Origin: an uncultured Gemmatimonadaceae bacterium
GTDB lineage: Bacteria; Gemmatimonadota; Gemmatimonadetes; Gemmatimonadales; Gemmatimonadaceae
Direction: 5' to 3'
Assembly: GCA_963781585.1 (NCBI GenBank)
Contig: CAWAGQ010000016.1
Span: forward strand, 1 to 64,000
Length of the DNA stretch: 64,000 nt
The notes beneath the pieces were generated by a model. The model saw nothing but the letters and a program-made list of their open reading frames with translations, did no database searches and had not been told where the DNA came from. A program made the translations under genes and the position numbers. Positions 49,123-58,250 of this stretch are shown piece by piece. Numbering within the stretch: position 1 is the first letter of the stretch; each line of letters starts with the position of its first letter.

Positions 49123-50307
49123 ATGCCAGTCAGCCGGCGGTCGTTCCTCAGAGCGCTGGGCGCGGGAAGCGCGGGCGCCTTCGTCCCCTTCGTCACCGCG
49201 CGCGGGAGCGAGGCGCGCGCCGGCCTGGGCCTGTTCGACGCGTTCCACGACCCGGGGATTCTCTCCGCCAGCGAGGCCGCGAACGTCATCCGGCTCAGCA
49301 GCAACGAGAATCCGAATGGCCCCTCACCGGTCGCGATCGAGGCGCTGAAGGCCGCGCTCACCGAGGCAAACCGATACCCCGACGATCCGCAGGACATGCT
49401 TCGAGAAGCGATCGCCAACGTGCACGGGGTATCTCCCGCGCACGTCATCCTCGGTTGCGGCTCCGGGGAATTGCTCAAGATCATCACCCAGGCGTACACG
49501 TCCCGGGAACGGGCACTCGTCACCGCCGCACCCACGTTCGAGAACCCGACCAAGGATGCGAAGCTCATCGGCGCGCCTGTTCGCGAGGTGAAGGTCGACG
49601 ACCGGCTCCGGCTTGACCTCGAGGGAATGGTGAGCGAATGCGCCGGCGCCGGGCTCGTCTTCTTCTGCAATCCCAACAACCCCACCGGAACGGTCTACGG
49701 CGACGCCGATGCGCGCGCCTTCATCACCCGCGTGCACGCCAGGTCCCCCGCAACCACGATTCTCGTGGATGAAGCGTACTTCGAGTACGTCGACGATCCC
49801 GCGTATCGCACCATGATCCCGGTCGCGCTGCAGGATCCGCGCGTCATCGTCTCGCGCACGTTCTCCAAGGTCTATGGAATGGCGGGACTCCGCGTCGGGT
49901 ACGCCGTGGCGCACGTCGACACCATTGCCAGACTCGAACCGATGCGGCTCGGCAGCGGCGTGAATGTGCTCGCGGCCGCGGCGGCGCTGGCATCGCTTCC
50001 GCTCACCGATCACGTCGCCCGTGAGCAGTCGCTCAACCGGGACGCGCGCGACTATACCGTGCGGTCCATCAACGAAATGGGCTATTCCTGCGCGCCGACC
50101 AACACGAACTTCGTGATTTTCGACATCAAGCGCGATTCGAAGGCGTTTCAGGCGCAGTGCCTCGAACGGGGCGTGGCCATCGGGCGGCAGTTTCCGCCTC
50201 TGCTGACGCACGCCCGTATCTCGATCGGCACCATGGACGAGATGCAGCGCGCGCTTCCGGTCCTGCGCGACGTGTTGCGCGCCTCGCGCGCGGACAGACG
50301 CGGATGA
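49123..50307 (+). CDS. Tat-signal PLP-dependent aminotransferase (HisC-like, class I/II)
   Basis: SRRSFL twin-arginine signal; LSSNENP, NRYPD, CNPNNPTG, DEAY and RTFSKVYGMAGLRVG motifs; AGGAG RBS. Confidence 0.9.
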   Translation: MPVSRRSFLRALGAGSAGAFVPFVTARGSEARAGLGLFDAFHDPGILSASEAANVIRLSSNENPNGPSPVAIEALKAALTEANRYPDDPQDMLREAIANVHGVSPAHVILGCGSGELLKIITQAYTSRERALVTAAPTFENPTKDAKLIGAPVREVKVDDRLRLDLEGMVSECAGAGLVFFCNPNNPTGTVYGDADARAFITRVHARSPATTILVDEAYFEYVDDPAYRTMIPVALQDPRVIVSRTFSKVYGMAGLRVGYAVAHVDTIARLEPMRLGSGVNVLAAAAALASLPLTDHVAREQSLNRDARDYTVRSINEMGYSCAPTNTNFVIFDIKRDSKAFQAQCLERGVAIGRQFPPLLTHARISIGTMDEMQRALPVLRDVLRASRADRRG

Positions 50308-51884
50308 CCGCGCGAGCGGGCGACCCGGCAGCGGTTCTCGCGGGCCCGCCCGCCGGCGCCGCCACCGTCGCACCCTCCCCCCACACGACGCGCGAGATCG
50401 CGCACTTCATCGGCGGCAGCGCCACCGGTGGGTCGAACGATCGCGCCGGTCCGGTCTTCGACCCGTCCACCGGCAACGTCACCGCACACGTGCGCTTCGC
50501 CTCAGCCGGCGACGTGGCCGCCGCGGTCGACAGTGCCCGGCACGCGTATGAGGAGTGGAGCGCGCTGTCTCCGCTGAAACGGGCGCAGGTGATGTTTCGC
50601 TTCCGGGAGCTCATCCAACAGGATGCCGATCACCTTGCGCACCTCATCTCCTCGGAACACGGCAAGGTACTCTCCGACGCGCGCGGTGAGCTTCAGCGCG
50701 GCGTCGAGGTCGTGGAGTTTGCCTGCGGCATTCCACACCTCCTCAAGGGCGAATTCTCCGCCGGCGTGTCCCGCGGCGTGGACATGTACTCGCTGCGCCA
50801 GCCGCTGGGAGTGGTGGCGGGTATCACGCCATTCAACTTTCCGGCGATGGTTCCGCTCTGGATGCTCGCGCCGGCCATCGCTTGCGGAAACACCTGCCTC
50901 CTCAAGCCCTCGGAAAAGGACCCCAGCTGTCCGGTGCGCCTCGCCGAGCTCCTTGTGGAGGCTGGAGCGCCGCCGGGCGTGCTCAACGTCGTGCATGGAG
51001 ACCGCGAAGCGGTAAACGCGCTGATCGAACATCCCGCCGTGGTGGCGGTGAGCTTCGTCGGATCCACGCCGATTGCCCGACACGTGTACGCCACGGCGGC
51101 GGCGCATGGCAAACGGGTCCAGGCGATGGGAGGTGCCAAGAATCATCTGGTGGTTTTGCCCGATGCCGACCTCGAACAGGCGGCCGATGCACTGATCGGC
51201 GCCGCCTTCGGCTCCGCCGGCGAGCGTTGCATGGCGGTCTCGGTGGCGGTGCCCGTGGGCGACGCCACGGCCGACGCGCTACGCCGATTGCTCGTGGACC
51301 GACTGGAGAACCTGGTGGTGGGCCCCTCTTCCGACCCGCGAGTCGACATGGGGCCCCTGGTCACCGCCGAGCACCGGGCACGGGTCGCGGAGTCCGTTGC
51401 CTCGGGCGCGCGCGAGGGTGCCGAGCTGGTCGTGGACGGACGGTCTGTCCGCGTGAGCGGTCACGAAAATGGCTTCTTTCTCGGCCCCTGTCTGTTCGAT
51501 CACGTCACCCGCCGGATGGGCATCTACGCCGAGGAGATCTTCGGGCCCGTGCTGTCGATCGTACGCGCTGGCGACTTCGATGACGCCATCGGGCTGGCCA
51601 GCGATCATCGCTATGGCAACGGCGTCTCCGTGTTCACCCGCAGCGGCGCGGCAGCGCGTGATTTCGTCGATCGCGTCGAGGCCGGCATGGTGGGTGTCAA
51701 CGTTCCCATTCCGGTGCCGCTGGCCTTCTACTCGTTCGGCGGATGGAAGGAGTCGATGTTCGGCGATCACAACCAGCACGGCATGGACGGCGTCCGATTC
51801 TTCACGAAGGTCAAGACCGTCACCTCGCGCTGGCCGGCGGCGGCGCCCGGTGGATCGGACTTCTCGATGCCGACGCTGCGTTAG
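50304..51884 (+). CDS. mmsA: CoA-acylating methylmalonate/malonate-semialdehyde dehydrogenase
   Basis: ITPFNFPAMVP, KPSEKDP, FVGST, GGAKNH, GSAGERCMA, EIFGP and GVNVPIPVP motifs. Confidence 0.95.
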   Translation: MTARAGDPAAVLAGPPAGAATVAPSPHTTREIAHFIGGSATGGSNDRAGPVFDPSTGNVTAHVRFASAGDVAAAVDSARHAYEEWSALSPLKRAQVMFRFRELIQQDADHLAHLISSEHGKVLSDARGELQRGVEVVEFACGIPHLLKGEFSAGVSRGVDMYSLRQPLGVVAGITPFNFPAMVPLWMLAPAIACGNTCLLKPSEKDPSCPVRLAELLVEAGAPPGVLNVVHGDREAVNALIEHPAVVAVSFVGSTPIARHVYATAAAHGKRVQAMGGAKNHLVVLPDADLEQAADALIGAAFGSAGERCMAVSVAVPVGDATADALRRLLVDRLENLVVGPSSDPRVDMGPLVTAEHRARVAESVASGAREGAELVVDGRSVRVSGHENGFFLGPCLFDHVTRRMGIYAEEIFGPVLSIVRAGDFDDAIGLASDHRYGNGVSVFTRSGAAARDFVDRVEAGMVGVNVPIPVPLAFYSFGGWKESMFGDHNQHGMDGVRFFTKVKTVTSRWPAAAPGGSDFSMPTLR

Positions 51885-51957
51885 GCGGTCCTCAACACCT
51901 CCGGAATCCGCTCATCGCACGGTCGCGCGAACCACGCCGCCCCAGGGGTGGCGACCG

Positions 51958-53304
51958 CTACTCGACGCGACCGAGGCTGGTCCGCACGATGTCCATGAGC
52001 TGGTCGATCTGGGGACGGTCGATGATCAGCGGAGGGGAGAGCGCGATGATGTCTCCCGTGACGCGGATCAGCGCCCCTCGATTGAAGCAGTCGATGTGAC
52101 AGTCGAGCGCCCGCGCCCCGGGCTTCCCGGGACGTGATTCGAGCTCGATGCCCGCCACCATGCCGACGTTCCGGATGTCCACGACGTGTGGCGCGCCGTG
52201 CAGGGAATGCACGGCTTCCTCCCAGTACGGCGCCAGCGAGGCCGCGCGGGCGAACAGGTCCTCTTCACGGTACAGCGCGAGGGTGGCCAGCCCGGCGGCG
52301 CACGCCAGGGGATGACCCGTATACGTGTACCCGTGAAAGAACTCGATCCCCGATTCCACCGCATTCACCACCGTGTCGTAGATCTCGCCGCGGACGAACA
52401 CGGCTCCGAGCGGCACGGCGCCGTTGGTGATCCCCTTGGCCGCCGTCATCAGGTCGGGACGGACGCCGAAGTACTGGGCACCGAATGCCGCGCCCAGACG
52501 CCCGAATCCCGTGATCACCTCATCGAAGATCAGCAGGATGCCGTGGCGGTCGCAGATCTCGCGCAACCGCTCCAGATAGCCGAGCGGCGGCACCAGGACT
52601 CCGGTGGATCCTGCCACCGGCTCGACGATCACGGCGGCGATCGTCTGCGCGCCGCGCTGCTCCACGATCTCCTCCAGCGCATCCGCCAGCACCGCGCCCT
52701 GGGCCGGCTGGCCTTTGGCGAACCGATTCCCGGCGATCCCATGGGTGTGCGGCAGGTGGTCCACCAGCGGAAGCAGCTGCGCCGCGAACGCCTTCTGGTT
52801 CGTCGCGATCCCGCCGACCGAGATCCCGCCGAATCCCACGCCATGGTATCCCCGCTGACGGCCGACGAATCGCACGCGATCGGGCTCGCCCCGCGCCTGC
52901 CAGTACGCGAGGGCGATCTTGAGCGCCGAGTCCACAGCCTCCGATCCCGAATTGGCGAAAAAGACATGGTCGATACCGGGTGGAAGCATCTCGACCAGCT
53001 CGTGTGCCAGCTGGAAGCTGAGCGGATGGCCGAGCTGAAAGCTCGGCGCGAAGTCGAGCGTTGCCGCCGACTGCCGGATCGCTTCCACCACGCGATCGGG
53101 CGAGTGCCCCGCATTCACGCACCACAGCCCCGCCGTGCCGTCGAGGATCGCGCGTCCATCGGCCGACTGGTAGTACATGCCCCTCGCGGAAGCGAGAAGA
53201 CGGGGCGCACGCTTGAACGCCCGATTCGCGGTGAACGGCATCCAGAGCTCTTCCAGCGAGAGCGCCGCGGTGGCGCGTTCCTGGGAGGCAAGAGTGGTCG
53301 GCAC
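51958..53304 (-). CDS. Omega-amino acid (beta-alanine):pyruvate aminotransferase, class III
   Basis: WMPFTANR, DGTAGLWC, NSGSEAVD, YHG, DEVITGFGR, AKGITNG and HGYTY motifs. Confidence 0.93.
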   Translation of the reverse strand: MPTTLASQERATAALSLEELWMPFTANRAFKRAPRLLASARGMYYQSADGRAILDGTAGLWCVNAGHSPDRVVEAIRQSAATLDFAPSFQLGHPLSFQLAHELVEMLPPGIDHVFFANSGSEAVDSALKIALAYWQARGEPDRVRFVGRQRGYHGVGFGGISVGGIATNQKAFAAQLLPLVDHLPHTHGIAGNRFAKGQPAQGAVLADALEEIVEQRGAQTIAAVIVEPVAGSTGVLVPPLGYLERLREICDRHGILLIFDEVITGFGRLGAAFGAQYFGVRPDLMTAAKGITNGAVPLGAVFVRGEIYDTVVNAVESGIEFFHGYTYTGHPLACAAGLATLALYREEDLFARAASLAPYWEEAVHSLHGAPHVVDIRNVGMVAGIELESRPGKPGARALDCHIDCFNRGALIRVTGDIIALSPPLIIDRPQIDQLMDIVRTSLGRVE

Positions 53305-53407
53305 GGGACGGATCTCCGGCGAACGCGTTGACGAATGGACGAACGGCCTGATCAAACGCGATTATGGCGCCCGACGCCGCTGGGCGCCAGCGCCTAACGA
53401 CTCCTGG

Positions 53408-54205
53408 TCAGGGCGGTGGCGCCCCGACCGCCTGGGGCGCCCCCCGATCCCGCAACCCGATGCGTTCCCGCACTCCGCGGTCGTCCCCGCTCTCGAGCCG
53501 CGTCTCCTCCTCGTGCTCCCGCTCGGCGACCCCGCGTTCGATGGCTTCCCGTTCCGCCCGGTACCGCTGGTACCACTCGCGGGTCACCTGACCGGCCAGC
53601 TCACGGTTCCCCAGACCGAACGCCAACGCCAGGCCAAACGCCACCGCCCCGAACAGGATGGCGAAGGCCGTGGTCACGATATCGGTGGCGATCCCCAGCT
53701 CCTGCAGCGCCATGAAAATCGACAGCATCACCACCCCCCACCGCCCAACTCGCGCCAGCGTGGGTGCGCCCTGCACCGCTCCGGCCGACGCCATGATCAG
53801 CCCACCCACGAATCGCCCCAGCACGATTCCCACGATCATGATCACCACCGCCGACATCAGGCTCGGCAGGTACCCCACCAGCTCGCCGAAAACCCCCGCC
53901 AGCGACTCCATACCCAGCGTGTTCGCAGCCACAATGATCACCGCGAACATCACGATCCAGAACAGGGTTTTCCCGATGACGCGCGTCGCGTTGAAGTGCG
54001 CCCCACCGCGTTCCACCGCCTCCATCACCCCGCCGCGCTCCAGCAGGTCGTTCAGTCGGAGGCGGTGCAGCACCCGTTCGGCGCCTTTCTCCATCAGCTT
54101 GGCCAGCAGGTATCCGGCGAACAGGATGATGAGCGCGCCCAGCAGCGCCGGAATGACGTCGGCGAGCTGGGCGAAACTTCCCTGCAGGCGCTCGAGGAAG
54201 GACAC
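53408..54205 (-). CDS. Small mechanosensitive channel-like TM-helix protein (paralog of 14544-15245)
   Basis: YLPSL repeat; AFAILFGAVAFGLALAFGLG motif. Confidence 0.88.
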   Translation of the reverse strand: MSFLERLQGSFAQLADVIPALLGALIILFAGYLLAKLMEKGAERVLHRLRLNDLLERGGVMEAVERGGAHFNATRVIGKTLFWIVMFAVIIVAANTLGMESLAGVFGELVGYLPSLMSAVVIMIVGIVLGRFVGGLIMASAGAVQGAPTLARVGRWGVVMLSIFMALQELGIATDIVTTAFAILFGAVAFGLALAFGLGNRELAGQVTREWYQRYRAEREAIERGVAEREHEEETRLESGDDRGVRERIGLRDRGAPQAVGAPPP

Positions 54206-54254
54206 GGTCGGGCCTCGGTGGGGGTTCGGACAACCTGAAATCTATGAGGTCCGT

Positions 54255-54479
54255 TCAGTTTCGCGTGCCGCGCTTGCGGTCGAACAGCACACTGCGTCGG
54301 CACCGGGGGCAGATGAGCCACTCGCGCCGCCTGGCGTAGCCCAGTCCGAACGACCCCCCTCCGACGGCGCGCGTCGACAGCCGAACGTCGCACCGTGGAC
54401 ACCGGGTCCGTTCGCCCCGGCCGGCCGCTTCGCGGATGGCACGCTCCTCCTCGGCCGTGTACGCCACCGCATCCGTCAC
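54255..54479 (-). CDS. Small zinc-ribbon protein (74 aa)
   Basis: Two CPRC motifs; GTGA-coupled to the thioesterase. Confidence 0.75.
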   Translation of the reverse strand: MTDAVAYTAEEERAIREAAGRGERTRCPRCDVRLSTRAVGGGSFGLGYARRREWLICPRCRRSVLFDRKRGTRN

Positions 54480-54865
54480 GCCCGAGCGCTCTCCAGCAGC
54501 CCGCGCACGTCGTCCGGAATGGCCCGCGCCTGGCGAGCCGCGTAGTCGTAGTAGACCTGCACCGTCTTCCCTTCGGCGACCAGCCGTCCGTCACGGGTGT
54601 CGCGGACGATGAACTTCCACACCCAGGCCTTGGTCCGGATCTCGTCGGTGATGATGTCGATCTCCAGCGGGTCACCGATCCGCGCCGGGCTGGCGAATCG
54701 AACGCTCGCTTCGGCCACCACGAATGGCGGATCGGGATCGCGTTTCCAGACTCCCGTCCACAGCAGGTGCTTGGCCGCCTCGAAGTAGGTCAGGTAGACG
54801 GCGTTGTTCACGTGCCCCTTGCTGTCGTAATCCGAGTATCGGGTGGTGACCGGAAACCGCATCAC
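54476..54865 (-). CDS. Acyl-CoA thioesterase (4HBT/YbgC hot-dog fold)
   Basis: RYSDYD..GHVNNAVYLTYFE motif. Confidence 0.92.
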   Translation of the reverse strand: MMRFPVTTRYSDYDSKGHVNNAVYLTYFEAAKHLLWTGVWKRDPDPPFVVAEASVRFASPARIGDPLEIDIITDEIRTKAWVWKFIVRDTRDGRLVAEGKTVQVYYDYAARQARAIPDDVRGLLESARA

Positions 54866-54902
54866 GGGATCCTCACGATTGCGCTGTCGGAATGGTTGTC
54901 CA

Positions 54903-55943
54903 TCAGGAGATCCTCACCACCACCTTGCCGAACTGATTCCCCGACTCCAGGCGACCGAGCGCATCACGCCCCCGATCGAGGGAGTATACGGAATCGACGA
55001 CCGGCGCCAGGCGCCCGGCCAGGAATTCCCTCGTGATCGCGTCGAATTCAGCGTTCGTCCCCATTGTCGACCCCATGATCGTCCATTGATTCCAGAACAC
55101 CCGGCGCACGTCCATCGTGACTACCGGCCCCGAGGTCGCCCCGCAGGTCACCAGGCGCCCCCGCCGCCCCAGTGCACCTAACGACTGACTCCAGGTGGCC
55201 TCGCCCACGTTGTCGATGACCACGTCCACCCCGCGCTTGCCCGTGCGTGCACGAATTGCCTTGCCGAGATCCACGTCCGGTCCGTGGCGAAGTGTCTCGT
55301 CCGCCCCGATCGCCCTCGCCCGCGAGAGCTTCTCCTCGCTGTGCGACGTGACCCAGACGTGCGCGCCCATCGCCTTGCAGATCCGGAGCGCGGCCAGCGC
55401 CACGCCACCGCCGATGCCCCAGATCAGCACCGTATCGCCGGCGCGAACGCGGGCGCGCGTCACGCACATCCGCCACGCCGTGAGGGTCGCCAGCGGAAAC
55501 GCGGCCGCCGCCTCCATCGGGCTGTCCGGTGGAATGACGCGAACGTTTCCTTCCGGCACCACCACGTAGTCAGCGAGCGTGCCCGGCAGATGTTCGCCGA
55601 GGATGCGGAATTTCAGGCACAGGGGAGCCTCATCCGCCAGGCAGTACTCGCACCGGCCGCAGCCGATGCCGGGATTGATGATCACCGCGTCGCCCGGTCG
55701 CACCCGCTGCACCTCGCTCCCCACCACGTCGATCACGCCAGCACCGTCGCTGCCCAGCGTCCAGGGCGCCGAGAGCACGACGCCCGGCACACCGTGCAGC
55801 GTCCACAGATCCACGTGGTTGAGCGCCGCGGCTCGCAGGCGCACGCGAACCTCGTTCGGCTGCGTAATGGCTGGTGTCGGCAGGTCGTCACGCAGGCGAA
55901 CCTGCTCCAGACCGCCGTGCCCGTCGATGGTGAGCGCTCGCAC
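54903..55943 (-). CDS. Zinc-binding alcohol dehydrogenase/quinone reductase (MDR family)
   Basis: AALNHVD, LGSDGAG, structural Zn CGRCEYC..C, GIGGGV and FGKVV motifs. Confidence 0.92.
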   Translation of the reverse strand: MRALTIDGHGGLEQVRLRDDLPTPAITQPNEVRVRLRAAALNHVDLWTLHGVPGVVLSAPWTLGSDGAGVIDVVGSEVQRVRPGDAVIINPGIGCGRCEYCLADEAPLCLKFRILGEHLPGTLADYVVVPEGNVRVIPPDSPMEAAAAFPLATLTAWRMCVTRARVRAGDTVLIWGIGGGVALAALRICKAMGAHVWVTSHSEEKLSRARAIGADETLRHGPDVDLGKAIRARTGKRGVDVVIDNVGEATWSQSLGALGRRGRLVTCGATSGPVVTMDVRRVFWNQWTIMGSTMGTNAEFDAITREFLAGRLAPVVDSVYSLDRGRDALGRLESGNQFGKVVVRIS

Positions 55944-56027
55944 CCGGTTCTTCTGCCGTTATATTGACCGTCGCCGGCGGCGCCACCGCCCGTGCGCGCG
56001 ACCGCTCACGCCCCCGCAACGCCCCGC

Positions 56028-57365
56028 ATGATCTCGATCAAAGTGCCCCCGCTCGGCGAGTCGATCGTCGAGGCAACGGTCTCCCGCTGGCTGAAGGAAG
56101 AGGGGGACGCTGTGGCGCCCGGGGAGACGCTGGTCGAACTCGACACCGATAAGGTAACCGTCGAGGTCCCGGCCGCAAAAGCCGGTGTGCTCGTCAGGCG
56201 CTTGCATCAGGAAGGCGACGTGGTCAAGGTCGAGGATCTCCTCGCTGAGGTCGATGACGCGGCGGCACCGGCGTCGATCGCCAGCCGCAGCAGCTCCGAC
56301 GCCGCGGCACCCCCTGCCGTGACTGGAGAATCGCCGGGCCACGGTGACAGGGCCGGCGAGCCGCCCGCCGCCCGCCGCCAACCGGAAGCCGTTGCGGCAG
56401 TGAATGCCGCCGTGCGTGCCTCGCCGGGCGCGCGCCGCGCGGCCGCGGCCGCGGCGGTCGATCTCGCCGCGGTACCGGGGACCGGACGTGGCGGCGTGGT
56501 CAGCAAGCCGGATCTCGTCGACTACCTCCGGGCCGCGAAGTCCGCGGAGCCGGCGCCCGCAGGCGCACCACCCTCCCGGGGAGCACCGGACGTCGAGGTC
56601 GTGCGCCCGGAGCCGCCGAGGGCATTCCCGTCCATCATCGGGGTCCCGTACGCCGCCGGGGAGGGGGGCGATCGTGAGACACGCGAGCGAATGTCCACCC
56701 GCCGCAAGCGGATCGCCGAGCACCTCCTGGAAGCGCAGCACGCCACCGCCCACCTCACGACGTTCAACGAGATCGACATGTCAGCGGTGGAATTGCTGCG
56801 CAAGCGGGTCCGGGAGCGCATCGAGCAGGAGCACGGCGTACGGCTCACGTTCATGCCGTTCTTCGTGCGCGCCGCCTGCCTGGCGCTGCGCCAGTACCCG
56901 ATGCTGAACGCGCTGGTGGATGGCGATGAGATCGTGTACCGGCACTACGTCAACATGGGGATCGCGGTCGCGGCCGATGGCGGCCTGGTCGTACCGAACG
57001 TAAAGGACGCCGACCGGAAGGGACTGCTGCAGATCGGTCAGGAGATCGCCGATCTGGCGGCCCGGGCTCGCGACGCCAAGCTCACCATGGACGACCTCAC
57101 TGCGGGGACGTTCACCATCACCAACGGCGGCGTCTTCGGCTCGCTGGTTTCGACGCCGATCCTCAACTACCCGCAGGTCGCCATCCTCGGCCTCCACAAG
57201 ATCCAGGATCGACCGGTCGCAATCGCGGGCAAGGTCGAGATCCGGCCCATGATGTACGTCGCGCTGTCGTACGACCACCGGATCATCGACGGCCAGTACG
57301 CAGTGCTCTTTCTCGTTAGGGTGAAGGAGCTCCTCGAGGACCCGGCCCTGATGGTCGTCGACTGA
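56028..57365 (+). CDS. sucB: Dihydrolipoamide succinyltransferase (E2)
   Basis: Lipoyl domain LGESIVEA...TDKV; E3-binding [30 protein letters not shown] and SYDHRIIDG motifs. Confidence 0.93.
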   Translation: MISIKVPPLGESIVEATVSRWLKEEGDAVAPGETLVELDTDKVTVEVPAAKAGVLVRRLHQEGDVVKVEDLLAEVDDAAAPASIASRSSSDAAAPPAVTGESPGHGDRAGEPPAARRQPEAVAAVNAAVRASPGARRAAAAAAVDLAAVPGTGRGGVVSKPDLVDYLRAAKSAEPAPAGAPPSRGAPDVEVVRPEPPRAFPSIIGVPYAAGEGGDRETRERMSTRRKRIAEHLLEAQHATAHLTTFNEIDMSAVELLRKRVRERIEQEHGVRLTFMPFFVRAACLALRQYPMLNALVDGDEIVYRHYVNMGIAVAADGGLVVPNVKDADRKGLLQIGQEIADLAARARDAKLTMDDLTAGTFTITNGGVFGSLVSTPILNYPQVAILGLHKIQDRPVAIAGKVEIRPMMYVALSYDHRIIDGQYAVLFLVRVKELLEDPALMVVD

Positions 57366-57700
57366 GCGCAGTGTCACGCTGTGGCCCCGGTGGACTCGCG
57401 TCGGTCGCGTCGCCCCGGGATTTCCAGCGCCCGCGGGATTCCCGCGCGACGCTCCCGCCCCCCAGCCAGTCCATTGGCGGCTGACACGCGCGGCGGATTA
57501 ACGCGGCCGCACGCCGTGCGTCCAATCCGCTGCCCAATGGCGTGACCGAAACGTGACGACCGGTCACGCCGAGGACGAGTAAACCCTTTCCTCGCGTCAG
57601 GCATCCAAAGGTCGTGAAGGTGGGTGAGTCCGGCTGCTGGATGATGCGCTCGCTGACACTTTCCGGAAGTGCCGCCGTAGGGCGGTCATCGGAGCCTCAC

Positions 57701-58138
57701 ATGTCTGCCAAGTTCGCCTTTACGCCCATCCCCCCTGCTCGCAACGAGACGGCCCGGCACCCGGCCGCGGTCGACGCGCTCTCCGGAACCTGGCGGGGCC
57801 GGTTCATCGATGACCAGAACGCGACCGAAACGTTCACCCTGCTTCGCGACAGATCGGTCGATGCGGCGGTCGCGGGACGCTTTCTCTTCTTCGCCACGCC
57901 TCGCATCGCCCCAACGGGGGTGAAGCTGCTTGAAGCCAATGACCGAGCCTTCGTCGCGCTCATCGGTCCGTATTTCGATCCGAAGGAGAATGCCGACGTG
58001 GTCACGGTGCTCGAGGGCCTGCGTCAGGACGCAACGATCGAGGGCACGTTCTACACGCGTCTGCACAGCTGGCGCGAGACCATCCGCACAGGACGCTTCG
58101 TAGCCACGCGAGCCGATACGGCGCACCGCGCGGCATAA
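57701..58138 (+). CDS. Hypothetical protein, beta-rich (LSGTWRG)
   Basis: GGAG RBS and good codon bias; small barrel-like strand pattern. Confidence 0.7.
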   Translation: MSAKFAFTPIPPARNETARHPAAVDALSGTWRGRFIDDQNATETFTLLRDRSVDAAVAGRFLFFATPRIAPTGVKLLEANDRAFVALIGPYFDPKENADVVTVLEGLRQDATIEGTFYTRLHSWRETIRTGRFVATRADTAHRAA

Positions 58139-58150
58139 CACCAGGAGGGG

Positions 58151-58170
58151 CACCGCGTTCCTACGCGGTG
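58151..58170 (+). terminator. Hairpin downstream of the hypothetical gene (no U-tract)
   Basis: CACCGCGT-TCCT-ACGCGGTG. Confidence 0.35.
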
Positions 58171-58250
58171 GGGGAGCGGGTGTGGTCGCCAAGCGCGATC
58201 ACACCCGCTAGTTTTTCCGGCCCGGTCGGTTCCCTCTTCCCCGCTCTGCA

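Noticed and set aside
49123..50307. Calling this gene hisC
   Set aside because: The Tat signal and absence of his genes nearby argue against a histidine-biosynthesis role
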